Below, piece after piece: positions 13,181-25,997 of a DNA stretch of 64,000 nucleotides (position 1 is its first letter; each line of letters begins with the position of its first letter). The translations under genes were made by a program, and so were the position numbers. The DNA is from Octopus vulgaris (taxonomy: Eukaryota), in contig OX597837.1 in the NCBI GenBank assembly GCA_951406725.2, positions 17,422,001-17,486,000 on the forward strand, read 5' to 3'. The notes below the pieces were generated by a model that searched no databases, was not told the DNA's origin, and saw nothing but the letters and a program-made list of their open reading frames with translations.

Positions 13181-13680
13181 TGCTTCTGTCAATTGAGAAA
13201 CGAAATCACACGTTTAAACGCCAACTGAAAAACGATACGAACTTTCGTTCCAATCCAATGTATGTGTGTGTGTATATATTATACTATTAAACAGAAGCTG
13301 ATCTCCGTCTGTCTGTCCGTCATTTAAGCTAATGAAATTTGATAGATTTTCTTCACAGGGAAAGTCGAAACTGTTTGTTGTCATGGAAACTTTGCTTCAT
13401 TAATTGATTCTGCCTTTGAACACGAGCCCGTGAGTAGCCAATGTTATGAATGGAAGGGGGACCCTTCCTCTTGGAACTGTAATTTTATTTATATACTACT
13501 GGGTGTAAGAGATGACGACAGCTACGTTTTGTAAAGAAATACTAGTCTTGACTATTGAAAAGGTTGCAAGACACAACGAAAATTTTAGGAAAATAAAAAT
13601 AAGAAATAAGTGGAAATTTTACCGGTGAGTGTGTTAAATTATAAGGCACAAAAAGAAAATGATTCTCCCCAGACACAACA

Positions 13681-13718
<38 letters not shown>

Positions 13719-13729
13719 CATTACATCAA

Positions 13730-13937
13730 GCAAGCGGAATCGTTAGCCCGCAGGGCAAAATGCTAAATGGCATTTCGTCTGTCTTTATGATCTAATTTCG
13801 AATTCCACCGAGGTCGATTTTGCCTTTCATTCTTTCGGAGTCGATAAAATAAGTACCAGTTGAGAACTGCGGTCGAAGTAATCGACTTCCCCTCCCCCGA
13901 AATTGCTGGCCTTGTATCAAAATTTGAAACCATTATT
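13730..13937 (+). mobile_element. tRNA-derived SINE (family A)
   Basis: Homologous along its length to 52717-52923, with central gtcga.tttgcctt.cattcttt.g..gtcgataaaataagtaccag. Partial copies at about 1830-1925 (+), 8030-8125 (-), 31030-31090 (-) and 62000-62080 (-). Confidence 0.8.
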
Positions 13938-14058
13938 AGATCGAACCGGATCATCATTAACACTAAGCAAAATATATATCTTTCCTAAAAACTTTTATAA
14001 CATGGTAAGGCTCTGTAGATCGGTTATTTGTAATTGAAAAACGTGGCCAGTGAATATA

Positions 14059-15127
14059 CAGATTGCGGTGAATAAATTGTCGTTTAAATTACGCAGAAAT
14101 GAAAATAACACTGATATCTCATTTTAACAGATATATTCACCAAAATTACATAAAAATATCTTGAAATACTAAAGAGTAAATTTATTCAAAAAAATCACCA
14201 TTGGCTTCAACCACGGCCTCCAGACGACTTCAAAATCTCCTACAACTTTTCTGGACTGTCTCCAGAAGTCAATGCTGCCATAATCCTTGTCTTCAGTTCA
14301 TCTTTGGTGTTACAAGGAGTTTTGTTGCACTCTCGCTCAACTGTGCCCCACACATAATAATCAAGGGTGTTGCAGTCCGGGGAGTTAGGTGGTCAGATAT
14401 TAGAGGTGGTGTGGTTGCAGAAATTGTCTGACAGCCATAACTAGGTTTTCCTGCTTGTGTGGCATAGTGCAGCGTCTTGTTGTCAGACATAGGGTCTTCC
14501 AGCAGCCACCCTCTTGACCCAGGGCAGCACTACCTCCTCCATACACTTGATTAGGCCTCCATGTTGAGTCTGGAGCCATGTGGGAAGATTAATGGAGGCA
14601 TAACGTCGCCATCACTAGTGATCACTCCAACACAATGATGTTAACTGGATGTTTGATTTTTATCACTCTCAGAACACGTTTTGGGGACATGGCAAGCCAA
14701 CAGTTGCTCTGTGTATTCACAATCTGATCCTGGCAGAAAATTTCCTAGTCTGAGAAAAACCAAAGTATGTTAAGTTGGAGGAGATGCTTGAGTTTGTTTA
14801 AAACTTCGTAGTGCGGTCTTTTCTCTTGTCCTTGATGGCTTGGAATAAAACTTGACCCTTTCTCATCTTGTATGAGGAATACCGAATGTCTTCATGCACT
14901 ACCTACCTGATAAGAAACTCAGACACTCCCATGTCCCTGGCGATGGACCTGATTGACTTGGAGATATCGTTGTCAATCATGGCCTGGATCTACCAACAAA
15001 TTCAGAAGTTCTTTTCTCATTAGAACGATCAGAGTGAGTTTTCCGAGCTGCTGTACCTTTGTAATTACCATTAGACTCATCCAACTCCAAAATTATAAAC
15101 TGGCGACAATTTATCCATCGCACCCTG
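14059..15127 (-). mobile_element. Tc1/mariner element with both TIRs and TA flanks; transposase pseudogene
   Basis: Left ta|cagattgcggtgaataaattgtcg vs right (revcomp) ta|cagggtgcgatggataaattgtcg; internal PPNSPDCNTLDYYVWG motif at about 14345-14395. Confidence 0.85.
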
Positions 15128-16139
15128 TATATAGTCTTTTCAAAATATGTCCAATGTTCAAAAACTTTTGAACAACATGCACATTGATCTCATCACCTGG
15201 AGTGGTGGGAGTCTTCAGTCTTGAGTACTTTCTTGTTAGTGATGATGATAATGATGTTGATGCTGGTTTAAAAGCAAAAAAAGAAACATCTATTAGCTTA
15301 TATTGAAAATAGTCATAGCCATTTAAAAAAATATTTGTATAAAATATATTTCTATTAAGTTTTATCGTTGAGGCACCATATCCCCCGGATCTCCAGAATT
15401 CTTTTCTTTTATAGAACCTTGGGAATCTTCGCAACCTACTTAGACAAACCAAGTTTTTAGTATGTAAATATCTTGCTAATGGAAAAAGTTCGCAGGACAA
15501 CCAGCAGCAACAACATCGAGAAAAACAGAAACAGCAACATCGAGTACACCAACAGCAACAACACCAAGTATACCATCAACAGCAATTAAAGGAAAGTTAT
15601 TGGTAGCAGCGGCGGCGTGGGTAGAGGAGAGGACTAATTTTTGCTGACATCATTAGCAACACCGAGTGTTTGTGGCGTTGATACTAAGGAAGGGAGTTGA
15701 TGCACTTTTGCTATGGCACCATTCAATCTCTGTACACACTCATCTCCGACTAGAACGCTGCAAATGAATTTTTTGACGAAGCGAAGATAAAAGTAGCCAA
15801 TTAGCACAAAAGTTGAAACAACACACAACCATTTGCGATTTACGGTTCAGCGCTGCATATAATAATGCCGACATCGTTCGCATGTTTAAACAATAAAGGC
15901 CAGCTAGGGATGTGACCCGAGATTTAAACCAGCTTACTGTCTGGTAAACAACTCATATTTGGCATTCTCAAATTTCGTGGTAAATTAGCATTTCATAACA
16001 CTGCACTCTTCTACTACAGAAAAGGAAGAGTGAGAGGTGACAACATTAATGTGATGGTGAGTGAAAGAGAGAGAGACGATGTTATAAAGAAGGTATGTAG
16101 AGAGAAAAAGTAATTTAGAAAGAGGATCAAAACACTTAT

Positions 16140-16445
16140 CTGCCTGTCTATCCGATAGAGAAATAGACATAAATAGGTAGACAGACAGACAGACAAATAA
16201 ACATACGGATATAGATAAACAAATTGCTCGATAGACAAATAGATCGATAAACAGACAAATTGATAGACAGAATACCAAACAAATAGATCGATAGAAGAAT
16301 AGGCAGATCAATAGATGAATAGATAGACAAATCGATTGACAGATGGATAATAAATACGATAGATCAACCGAATCAACCGATAGATAGATCCATAGATCCA
16401 AAGATAGACGGATAGATCATTGGAGAGACAGATCGACAGATCCAT
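16140..16445. repeat. Old degenerate (GATA/GACA)n tract
   Basis: Directly visible atag/acag/atcg variants. Confidence 0.8.
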
Positions 16446-17509
16446 TGATATTGTAGCAATAGCCATTTTAGCCATTTTGAAATGTGGCGCGAATTGGCAA
16501 TATGAGTAATGTCTTTGCCGAAGAAATATCATTTTCGTTTTTTTCGATTGGTTAATATAACTGCTCATATAAAGATTCTAGAAGTTTCGTAAAGAATATC
16601 TGTCATGAATTTCGATTCTTTTTGAGTCAAGTGAGCAGTTATAAAAACCCTGGATTTTGGAAGATATTTCAGTGTTCGTTCGGTAGTCATTCAACTCCCC
16701 GACACTCACTCTTTTGGAGACATCGGTAAATTTTTATGTCATGTCTACGTTAATCACAAATCTATTTTGATGTGTTGGTTAACGTATTAGATAGAAAAAG
16801 AAATTAGCTAAGGAATTTAAAGTCGTTTTTCTTCACGATTAAGTTATCTTTCTTCTTGTAAATAAATATAAAATGTTATATCTATATAAATAAAATAATT
16901 AAAAAGAAAATGTTTCTCTTCACGTTTATTTTTCAACTGAGCATAGATAAATATGCATTTCTGTAATCTTTGTTTTATGTTTCTTATAGCGGTTTAAAGG
17001 ACACGATTAAAATATTCAACATACATGGTCGTTGATGTAGCGTTCCATGCGTATATGTCTATATGACGTTACAACTGCAGTTAGGGTTAAAGATACAATG
17101 ATAACACTTTAGTATAAGTGACGATAAATCATTATATTCTCCCTAGCTTCAAGAGAAAAGCCTAAATAAATAATATAACCTAAGAGAAAGCTTAAGGTAG
17201 AAATAATAGAAAACCGCCGTAGGAAAATATGTTCAATAGCTCGATAGACCCATAGAAAAATCGAAAGAGAGATCAATAGATCGCTAGGCAGATCGATCAA
17301 TAGAAAGAATTACATGGAACTGTAAATAAATGTAAAAGATCATAACGCTTAACTTATGTTTTGTACAGATGTAATGTTGTAACGTGTGACGTCAGTACGT
17401 ATAGATATGTATGTGCAAATACACGAGCTAAAACATTACATACTCTGTCATATGGCGTGCATGCATACAAACAGACAAATGCATGTATGCATGTGTGTGT
17501 TTACATAGT

Positions 17510-17700
17510 TGATGCTGTCCTACAGTATCACTTCTGGTGTACTCTACGGTTCGGTTTCGTCAACCACTCTCTTTCTTCTATACATTAATTATCTACTTGT
17601 TAGGACCCACAACGCCCACTCTTACGAACATATGTCCCTTCGTTCATCCTTAACCTTCCCAAACTACGCACCGTCCACACGCAACCAAGATACCTCAAGC
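17510..17700 (+). mobile_element. LINE RT fragment (CR1/Jockey-group like)
   Basis: ITSGVLYGSVSSTTLFLLYIN resembles the GVPQGSVLSPTLFLLYIND motif. Confidence 0.6.
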
Positions 17701-18173
17701 TGAACTGGCAGGAACCGGTACAAGAATATATACATTATATATAGGACTGGCCGAAGATCACATCTTCTCTGTCACTCGCTCGGAGCATCAAATGGTGGTA
17801 GTGGCTGCATGTTATATGTTTATCTCTATCTGTAACCATGGGAGACAAAAACTGTAGTGAAGACTAAAGCTTACAAAAACATATTAGCGGTTGTAAAAAT
17901 GTGACACAAAGCATTGAGCTCGGTGACAATTTTATCAAAAGACAACTGTGTGTGTATATATATGTGTGTGTGTGCATATATGTATGTATATGTAAGTGTA
18001 TATATATGTATATATGTGTATATGCATTATATGTATATACGCACACTTTTATACATACATGCATACACGCGCACACACACAGACACACACACACACAGAC
18101 ACACTCACACACACACATACACACACACACAGTTTAAAGATCCAACCGAAGTAGAATCAGCAAAAAAAATGTA

Positions 18174-18273
18174 ATATTATTATTATTATTAAGGTCACTG
18201 CCTGGAATCGAACTCAAAATCTTAGGGCTAGTAGCCCGCGCTCTTAAACACTACACCCATATGCCCGAGGGCA
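18174..18273 (-). mobile_element. Short tRNA-like SINE or tRNA retrocopy with (TAA)n tail
   Basis: Minus strand: A-box-like ggtgtagtgtttaa, B-box gagttcgattcc, then taataataata tail. Acceptor stem does not pair, so not a functional tRNA. Confidence 0.65.
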
Positions 18274-18629
18274 CATTTAGTGACAATTATAATTCTCCAC
18301 TTCGGTGAAACTTTGCAACCTGTTTTTATTAATTTTGTATCTACACATTAGCGAATCGCTAAGCCATCCATTAATTTGGATGGCGAAAACACAAATGCTA
18401 ATAGAGAAACAAGTCCGGAAAAAACCGAACACGAGGCGTTAACTGACGAGGCAACAGAAATTGCCAAAATTGACGTCAGTCTTAAGAATTCTCGGTCGGT
18501 ATTTTTCGGACAATTATGGTCCCTGTTAGTGTATATGTTTTCATTAATGTGCATTTTAGCTCTTATTTCTAGCAATGTATGTGTTCTTTAACACCACGGT
18601 AGCATTTAGGCTATCTTCAATGCTATAAA

Positions 18630-19320
18630 GGACCAAATTGCTCTCATCGACTGTGGAAAAAAACCATTGAAAGAACCAACCAAAGGTTTTCATTACCTTC
18701 GTGCGCCCAGGACAGCAGATCCGTTTTAAGAAAAAGAAACTTCCTGTGAGCGATGATAAGTGGAACGGCTATTGAGATGTGGCTGCAGATTTACGAGGGT
18801 GCCAAGGATTCTTTCCCATCCCAGTTACGAAAAGCCGGATATTATAATGTAATGAGAAAGAAAGTGGCGAATTTAGTCGAGTTAACGGTTCCTCATGAAG
18901 ACGCCGCTCGGGTTCGAAAGATTGCAAACCTCCTGGAGGAATGTGAAGTCACAGGGTGGAAAGGGGAGCATTTTCCAATCGAAGTCGGATGTTGAGGATT
19001 CGTTGGACAATGTGAGGAGACTGTTGTTAACGTTAGGTGTAACTCATCGTAAATCAAATGCCACCATGAGCGATATCCAAACTACAGTGAAAAAGGGTAG
19101 CCACTGGATTTGACTAAGAGGAGACGATGAGCGATGGCTAGAAGAATATTGAGCTATATCTGATAAGCAGTTGATCTAGCAAGCGGGGCCTCATGTCAGT
19201 GAGTGGGGGAGGCGCGTAATGATATCGCCGAAGGTAGGTCCCGAAACAGCGCTCATTCTCTCCTAATGACCCCATACACTTGCTGGCCTCCGGTATGTAG
19301 AGCTTTCGACTGGTAGTAGC
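18630..19320 (+). mobile_element. 3' fragment of a restriction-like-endonuclease non-LTR retrotransposon (Hero/NeSL-like)
   Basis: LVELTVPHED..RK..C...GW...FPIEVGC*GFVG..LG..GSHWI: typical RLE C-terminus, followed by a probable 3' UTR. Confidence 0.75.
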
Positions 19321-19348
19321 ACTTGAATATGAAAGTTGTTTGCAAAAC

Positions 19349-19441
<93 letters not shown>

Positions 19442-20105
19442 CTCCTATTTTCTCTTCGCTATCCTATACAACAGGAATTTTTTGTGCGACATCTTCTCTC
19501 TTTCTCTTCCTGACTCTCTTTACCTCTCTCACCACCTTGCCTCTCTGTCTCTTTCTATCTCTCTGCCCTTCACCGGTTTTTCTCTCTCTCCTCCACTACC
19601 ACGTAATCCAGGACCATTCCTATTTTTCTTTCCAACTTTCTTTTTCGGTTAACCGCTGACTTGTTCAGTCACGCTTTTCCCGACCTCTCGCGTTCTTCTC
19701 TACTTTCAATACCGGATTCGTTTCCTTCACCTTTCTTTCTATATTTTTATCCCCCTACTTTCTGTTTTTAGTCCTATAGGACATTTTTCAATGCGTTACT
19801 TACACACTCGTCTTATCATGTCTCGGAGCCCCACGGACTTTATTGTGTTTGTATAATGTATAATTTGTTTTGTTTGTATATTTACATTTATGGATGTGTC
19901 ATAGTTGTCTTCACTACTGTCATCAACGTTCGCACATTATTCCAGCAGGTATTCACTATTGACGTCATCAAAAACGAACAATATAATCGTTAAAGGCGTT
20001 AAATTGTAATGAATTTTTGGACGATAACTGAAGTGGAAGGACTTGTGTGTGAATTCTCCGTTCGTTCCTTTGTCGTGCTTCTGCTTAATTTTTGAAATTT
20101 ATTAA

Positions 20106-20179
<74 letters not shown>

Positions 20180-20559
20180 GCTGAGTATCCCATCGTTGCC
20201 GGACAGTTTTCTGCCTTAATTTGAATTTTTTTTGGTTCCATATCAGACCATGTCTTCTCCGGCGGATAGGCCACTTGATCAGGACAGATTTCTGCATTAT
20301 TTGGAGTATTTTATAATGTATGGATAAACTAAGCTTTTGTTTATCCATTTAGTGTATAGATATAAAAACTTTTCTGAGCTCGTTGCCGGAGCAACCGAAT
20401 TTCTTCAGTCTTTTAGAGGTTTTCTTGAGAACATCTAGTGCTAGTCGATTACGTTTGGATTATATGGAGTTAGCTGTTAGGAGAGTGATGTGTGCAAAAG
20501 CCTCTCAGACCTTCTCAAACGTTTCCAGCTGTCTAATATCGACTGGATTTCCCCAGTTG

Positions 20560-21545
20560 TGCCTGTGTGTACGAGGAAAAATCGCACCGAGTCATCTACG
20601 TCGTATCTAAATAAGGATAGCAAAAGTCGTCCAAATTTTAAAATCGTCGACCGAGATAAGTTACGTAGGCAGGAGTCTCGTTATTGAAAACTGAACACGT
20701 CACTCCCGACCCACCAAGCTTAGAGCAGTCAGATTAGTGAATTTGTGAAGCGGTTGTTGACGAGATCAATAGTAATTTTTTTTAAATGGTGGTTTGTCCT
20801 GAAAACGACAATTAGAAAAGAGTACATTAGGTTTAGTAAGTTCGTAGGAACAGGTAAAATAGAATCGAGTGAGACTTAAAACCGTAGAAGAGGCGCTCCA
20901 GAAAGACAGTGTGAACAACGTGCTTACGGCGAGATTGGCCCTCGACTAATTCTTGGACGCGAAGGATGAAGGGTGCATTGTTGAGAGCATGAGGGAACGA
21001 AAGCCACTTGATGAACCCAACCTGGAAACAAAGTCACAATTTGGTATTTGGTGGACCATGATGGATGCATGCTACTCGAGCCCGAGCAGCTGTGTGCGGA
21101 ATTTCAGCAGCACTTCATCCGACTGTTCGGAATGAATGCCGAGCCGGAATGCAGGATAGATTTCAGTGCCTACGTCGATGCCCTGCCGCGATTCTCATCA
21201 AGCGAAAAGCAGATAATAGCTGCGGAAATATGAGAAGCGATGATTGCTGCACGGGTGGCAAGTCACCCAATTTGGATGGTTTGCCTTACTTTACTTTTAT
21301 GTTTATATGCCAAATTTGTTTGGAGACCTCTTGGCAGATATCTAGCAACTGGCAGCAGAACGAGATAATATCTAGGTCTATGATTGGATGAGCAGTGGAA
21401 CTGCAGCGAAAGAATTCAAACAAGGGGGATCATGTAAAAAATGTTAAGTTCGTAACTCTGATAAACGCAAATTTCGAAATTTTGGCCCAGGTGTTAGTAA
21501 AGCGGTTGTCGCTTGACTTGAGGGTCTGACAACTTCTACCTCATG
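20560..21545 (+). mobile_element. Highly degenerate L1/Tx1 ORF2 fragment
   Basis: Y*KLNTSL, QHFIRLFG, GGKSPNLDGLPY, NWQQNE and FEILAQVLVKRL parallel the element at 31907-37398 (YWKMNKSI, QHFARLFG, GEKSPGLD, NWQQNE, FKILAKVLAKRL). Confidence 0.8.
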
Positions 21546-21559
21546 CAATACACTAAAAA

Positions 21560-22100
21560 GAACCTGTGACTTTTCTCAGATGCATACTCTTCCAAGTTTT
21601 TTTGTACGGTCTACCAAATTCGCTGTTTGTCTGTGCCTGACTCTTGTTCTTTGTCGATCTTGGCATCAGACGAAATGATGCTTCCCAAGTAACTAAACTG
21701 GTTGTCAGCCTTAATCTCTGGCTCGTCGGCGGTATTACGCAATGATGTGGATATTCTTCCTATAATATGGGGGCTGGTGGATAACTTCTGTCTTCTTCAA
21801 GCTAATTTCCAGTCTGAAGAGCTTGGTAAAGTATGCAAAGTATGTTATACGGAGCAGAGTTGACTGTGTGAGAAACAAACATAACGTCGTCGGCATTGAG
21901 TTTTTCTAGTCTTGATGTACAATTCTTGTCGCCAATTGTACAATATCGGATGCAGAGGTAATTTCCTAATTAAGGTCTTCTATGGCCCTTCAAGTATCTT
22001 GCTGGAGATGATAATGAGAGCAGGCGCGAGGATGCAGCTCTGCTTTACACTGTTTCCTATTGGGAAGGGTATTTTGAGAGCTCGTTGTGGTGTCCGACTC

Positions 22101-22104
<4 letters not shown>
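21560..22104 (-). mobile_element. RTE-clade LINE RT fragment
   Basis: FPIGNSVKQSCILAP (GVKQGCVLAP-like), an ADD motif near 21890 and a YLGS motif near 21685. Confidence 0.75.
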
Positions 22105-22155
<51 letters not shown>

Positions 22156-22158
<3 letters not shown>

Positions 22159-22348
22159 GGTCCCGGGTTGATTCGGGGTTAACCACAGTAAATAAGGTAC
22201 TCAATACATAGCAGAGTAAAATTAATTTATTATATAGAAGGAGCTTCTACAGGACTAGAACTATTTCATTCAAGAGAAATCATCAAGAGCTTCCTGATGA
22301 TTTCTCTTGAATGAAACAGTTCTAGTCCTGTAGAACTCCTTCTATATA

Positions 22349-22354
<6 letters not shown>
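22156..22354. mobile_element. (TA)n-embedded fold-back module with two head-to-head HHR copies
   Basis: Arms 22225-22285 and 22295-22354. Plus-strand HHR 22287-22339: gagcttc-CTGATGA-tttc(tctt)gaat-GAAA-cag(ttctagtc)ctg-TA-gaactc; the minus copy retains gaagctc. Confidence 0.8.
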
Positions 22355-22402
<48 letters not shown>

Positions 22403-23989
22403 CTGGATGACCATATGGAAGAAAAAATATCCCAACTGTACTTTGCTTTCCCACAGATCCTTCCTGTCTACAATATCAAAATCTTTAATCTGAAAGGTCC
22501 AAAAACGCTACATACAGTCCCTTGTTCTGTTCCCTATATTTTTCTTTTGGAGTTACCTGAAGACAAATACTATGCCAGTGATGCTCCTGTTGGCCTTGAG
22601 TTCACATTTATTCTCTGAAAGGTCGTAGATGCTAGGCATATCCTTCGGCTTTCGCAATAGATAATTTTGGTGGGTAAAGTGTAGTGTGTGGAACTGGCCC
22701 CAAATTTTCCATCCGAGGTTCATAGACCATAGTCTAGTAAGCTAGGATAGCGACAGCACGGTCCCAGGGTAGTAGCTTTCATATCTGATTGTTCTCTTAG
22801 ATGCATGATCTGTCAAGGCTATGTGTCCTTCACTTTGGCTTTTTCCTAACAACCTTACATACATATATACTTACAAACATATCTATCAAACTTCTAAACA
22901 GAAGCCATTACTATTATTATTCCCCCTCCCTCTCTTGATAGATCTGTATAACATTTTAGAAATAGCAGCCTAATACCTAAAGCCACACCTTATTATCAAG
23001 GAAGACGAGGCAAGATATTTATGTTTGAACTGTTTTCACATTAATGTCTTTCTCCAATTGAAAACATTAATTATATCCCGTAGAGAGAGATAAAGACAAA
23101 CAATAAAAAAAAACGAAAATTGATAAAATTTCACTATTTGAAAGAAAATGTTTTTCTTCCAAGTAGAGTAAACTATTCTCTCCTGTTTTTTGTTTTTTTT
23201 TGTGGTGCTCGAAGGCAGGGAAGAAGGGAAGGTGAAAGAAAAAGAGAAGAACGATCAGGTTTCATTTGTGACTAATATCTAAAAAAAAGGCCTTTAGGTG
23301 GAGAAATGTTGCTGTCTTGTGTGTCATCTGCCGAGAAATTAGACATTAGATAGCGTACTGTCTATTGGTTGCTTTGTGTCGCAGGGAACATTACACAGTA
23401 GACTGTCTGTTGACTTGTGTCATTCAGTTATTGGAGGAGACTGTAGGATGGAAAATTGAAAGTGTGTTGAATTATGAATCGTCTACAGAGATTAACCATT
23501 AAATAGTAAACAGTTTGGTGTTGTCTTATGACATGTGCTGACGAAATGCCAGCCATTGTTTTGTGTGACGTTAGGTAGATACAGTGTGTAATAATAAATT
23601 TTTAAAATAATAAAATAAATCAGAGAAGAAAAAAGTGTCGGCCAAAAAAATACAATTATACAGAAAAATTCCTAAGTTTGGATAAGTTTTATACGGTTGG
23701 TACAAGGAGACACCTGACGTCGCGGGACTCCCCCTTCATCTAAGCAGAACATTTCTCTGGGGAGGAGGAAGAAGAATGCTTTGATGTTTCCCCCTTGGAC
23801 GAAAGATCAGTATCAGTATCTCTTCTCCATATGGCATCCTAAAGCATTCAAATATAAAGATTCTGTTAACCCAAAGTTAATCCTAATCAAGGACACCTGC
23901 ATCAAAATTATTTCGGCCATAACTAAAATGCCTTCTTTTGTAATTTTAAAACATAGGCGCAGGAGCGGTTTTTTGGTAAGAAGCTCGCT

Positions 23990-25700
23990 TCCGGTTCCGG
24001 TTGTTCTAGTTTTCTTCGCACACCCTTGAAGCTGTCACGCTGGTTTGCAGCGGATGAAAATTGTTTGTGAAAAAGACTCTGCTGTAAGGTAAGGCTTTGG
24101 CTTTTTGGTTCCAGTGGGGGTTTGTTGTTTGAGATAATTATTTTTGTACAAGCAAGAGGTCCTCACTGGACTCTAGGCTCTAGTCTGCCTGCAGTAGAGT
24201 ATATAGTTTTTCTCACTTAATTGTGAGAATTACTGTTTGGGTGTGTATCCTGCCTCCAAACTTAGTTCGAGAATTGTGTTGTTCTCAATTAATTTTGAGA
24301 ATTGTTCGCAGAAAAAGTTGGTTTTTGTGGAATTATACAACAACTGTGAGAAGCTATGTTCCAGTTTCAAATTGAAGGCCCGGAGTACCATGTGGCCAAT
24401 GGATTTTTTGCTGTATGTTTTGAACTGTCGCTTTCTCTTCTTCTATCGTCTATTTTCAAACTCTTTATTGAGCTGTATATTTTTTCTTCTTCCTGTTTAG
24501 TTGAGACTTTCTTTGTGATTTTTCCCTTGAATTGTTTTGAATTTTTTAACTATTATTTGAACTTTTCATTTAACATAACAAAAAACAATGAAAAAATTGT
24601 GGAGTGGGAAATAGTGCCACCCAAGAAATGGTTGGAAGAGTTCGAAAAAAGACGGTAGTTTTGAAGACTTGCTCCAAGTCCTTCGACACCATCGTCGTCT
24701 TTGAGAAAAATGTAATTGAAAAAGAGTTGGCGGGACATATGTCAACTATTAAGTATATCTCTCGGGGGATCAAATACGCAACGGTGTGGTTGCTGTTTGA
24801 CATCCCCGAAGAGGCTCGCAAATTCTGAACTGCCCTCAGGACCAAAATAAGGTCCTAGAGCAGTTGATGTAGATACCGCTCCCTGCTCTCTCATTGAAGG
24901 GAGAAAAGGAGGAAGTCGATGAGGTGGAAACCTCCTCGAAAAAAGCAAAAAAAACGAAAGGTGAGCAACAATGATTGCCCACCGAAGGATCCGCAGGCTG
25001 CGGGAGGGAGGGAGGATCCGCAGGACAAAGCGAAGGAACTCCACCCTTTCGTGGCTCAAAGGAAAAAAAACGGGACATTGCCGGCGTGTTCCGAAGTACC
25101 TTCGGTGGGATTTGTGCCACCGAATTTGGAAACTGTAGATCCCTCCCATGCTGTGGAGGAGGAATTTGTGGTCCTCTTCCATAAGGGAGGGACATTAGAA
25201 AACTTTGTTAAGAAGTTTAAAAAGAAAGGCCGGTGGGAGGAGATTCTGTCCTGCTCGGAGGACCCTGATTGGCCTTCGCAGGTGGCTGCGGAGGTCATAT
25301 GGGAAACCGATCCGTGCAGGATATTGAATCCCTTCCCAGAGGACTCTTTTAGATTCATAGCGAAGTGATCCAGCTTGGCACCGTCTAGGTGCGTCAAAGA
25401 AGCGAAGAGCCTGGTCGGACAGGAAAGTGTATAATGAATATAAATATGAGGCTTAGTGCCTCATTTTTTGCATTATTAAATTATGAAAAAGGTAAGAAGA
25501 TATTGCCTCATAAATGATTTTTGTATTTTGAAGAGGTTTATTGCCTCATAAATGTTTATTCGTACTGAATGTAAGAGGTTTGTTGCCTCGAATATGTAAC
25601 CTAAAAAGAACAATGCTCTCGGGTGGACAGCAATCGGCGGGCGTTGCTTGTTGCCCTCATCTATTATCATTTTGTTAGACATTTCAGATCATTATGTCTT
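23990..25700 (+). mobile_element. Degenerate element with Tx1-like ORF1 remnant and stem-loop-repeat 3' region, no ORF2
   Basis: FEKNVIEKELAGHMSTIKYISRGIKYATVWLLFDIPEEARKF aligns by eye with Tx1 ORF1 VKNEMVEKCMAPIWSKVSHVNRGARSATVEAHFETAEEARQI. The 3' part is shared with 42300-42540 (-). Boundaries approximate. Confidence 0.6.
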
Positions 25701-25757
25701 CGTCCAGCCCGTAGCTTCCTTTCTTTATAAGGCCTTTATGGCCAATGTAATAAATAA

Positions 25758-25905
25758 AAGAAGCTTGCTTGCCACCCACATGGTTCCGGGGGTTCAGTCC
25801 CATTGCGTGGCACCTTGGGTAAGTGTTTCTTACTATAGCCTCGGACCGGCCAAAGACTTGTCAGTGGATTTGGTAGACGGAAACTGAAACAATCCCGTTG
25901 TATAT
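25758..25905 (+). mobile_element. tRNA-derived SINE (family B), 5' portion
   Basis: Matches the reverse complement of 44745-44885 (ccacatggttccggg.ttcagtccca..gcgtggcacc..ggatttggtagacggaaactgaaa). Confidence 0.85.
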
Positions 25906-25914
25906 ATATGTATG

Positions 25915-25996
<82 letters not shown>

Positions 25997-25997
<1 letters not shown>

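Noticed and set aside
15600-15990. Non-repetitive stretch with Fox-like sites (tgtttaaaca, gtaaacaa)
   Set aside because: Such short motifs are expected by chance in AT-rich DNA; no conservation data.
19205-19260. taatga...GAAA in the RLE-LINE 3' UTR
   Set aside because: Stems do not close into a convincing hammerhead.
25448-25589. CRISPR-like repeat-spacer pattern
   Set aside because: Repeats are only about 15 bp and variable, context is eukaryotic, no cas genes; better explained as 3' UTR stem-loops.
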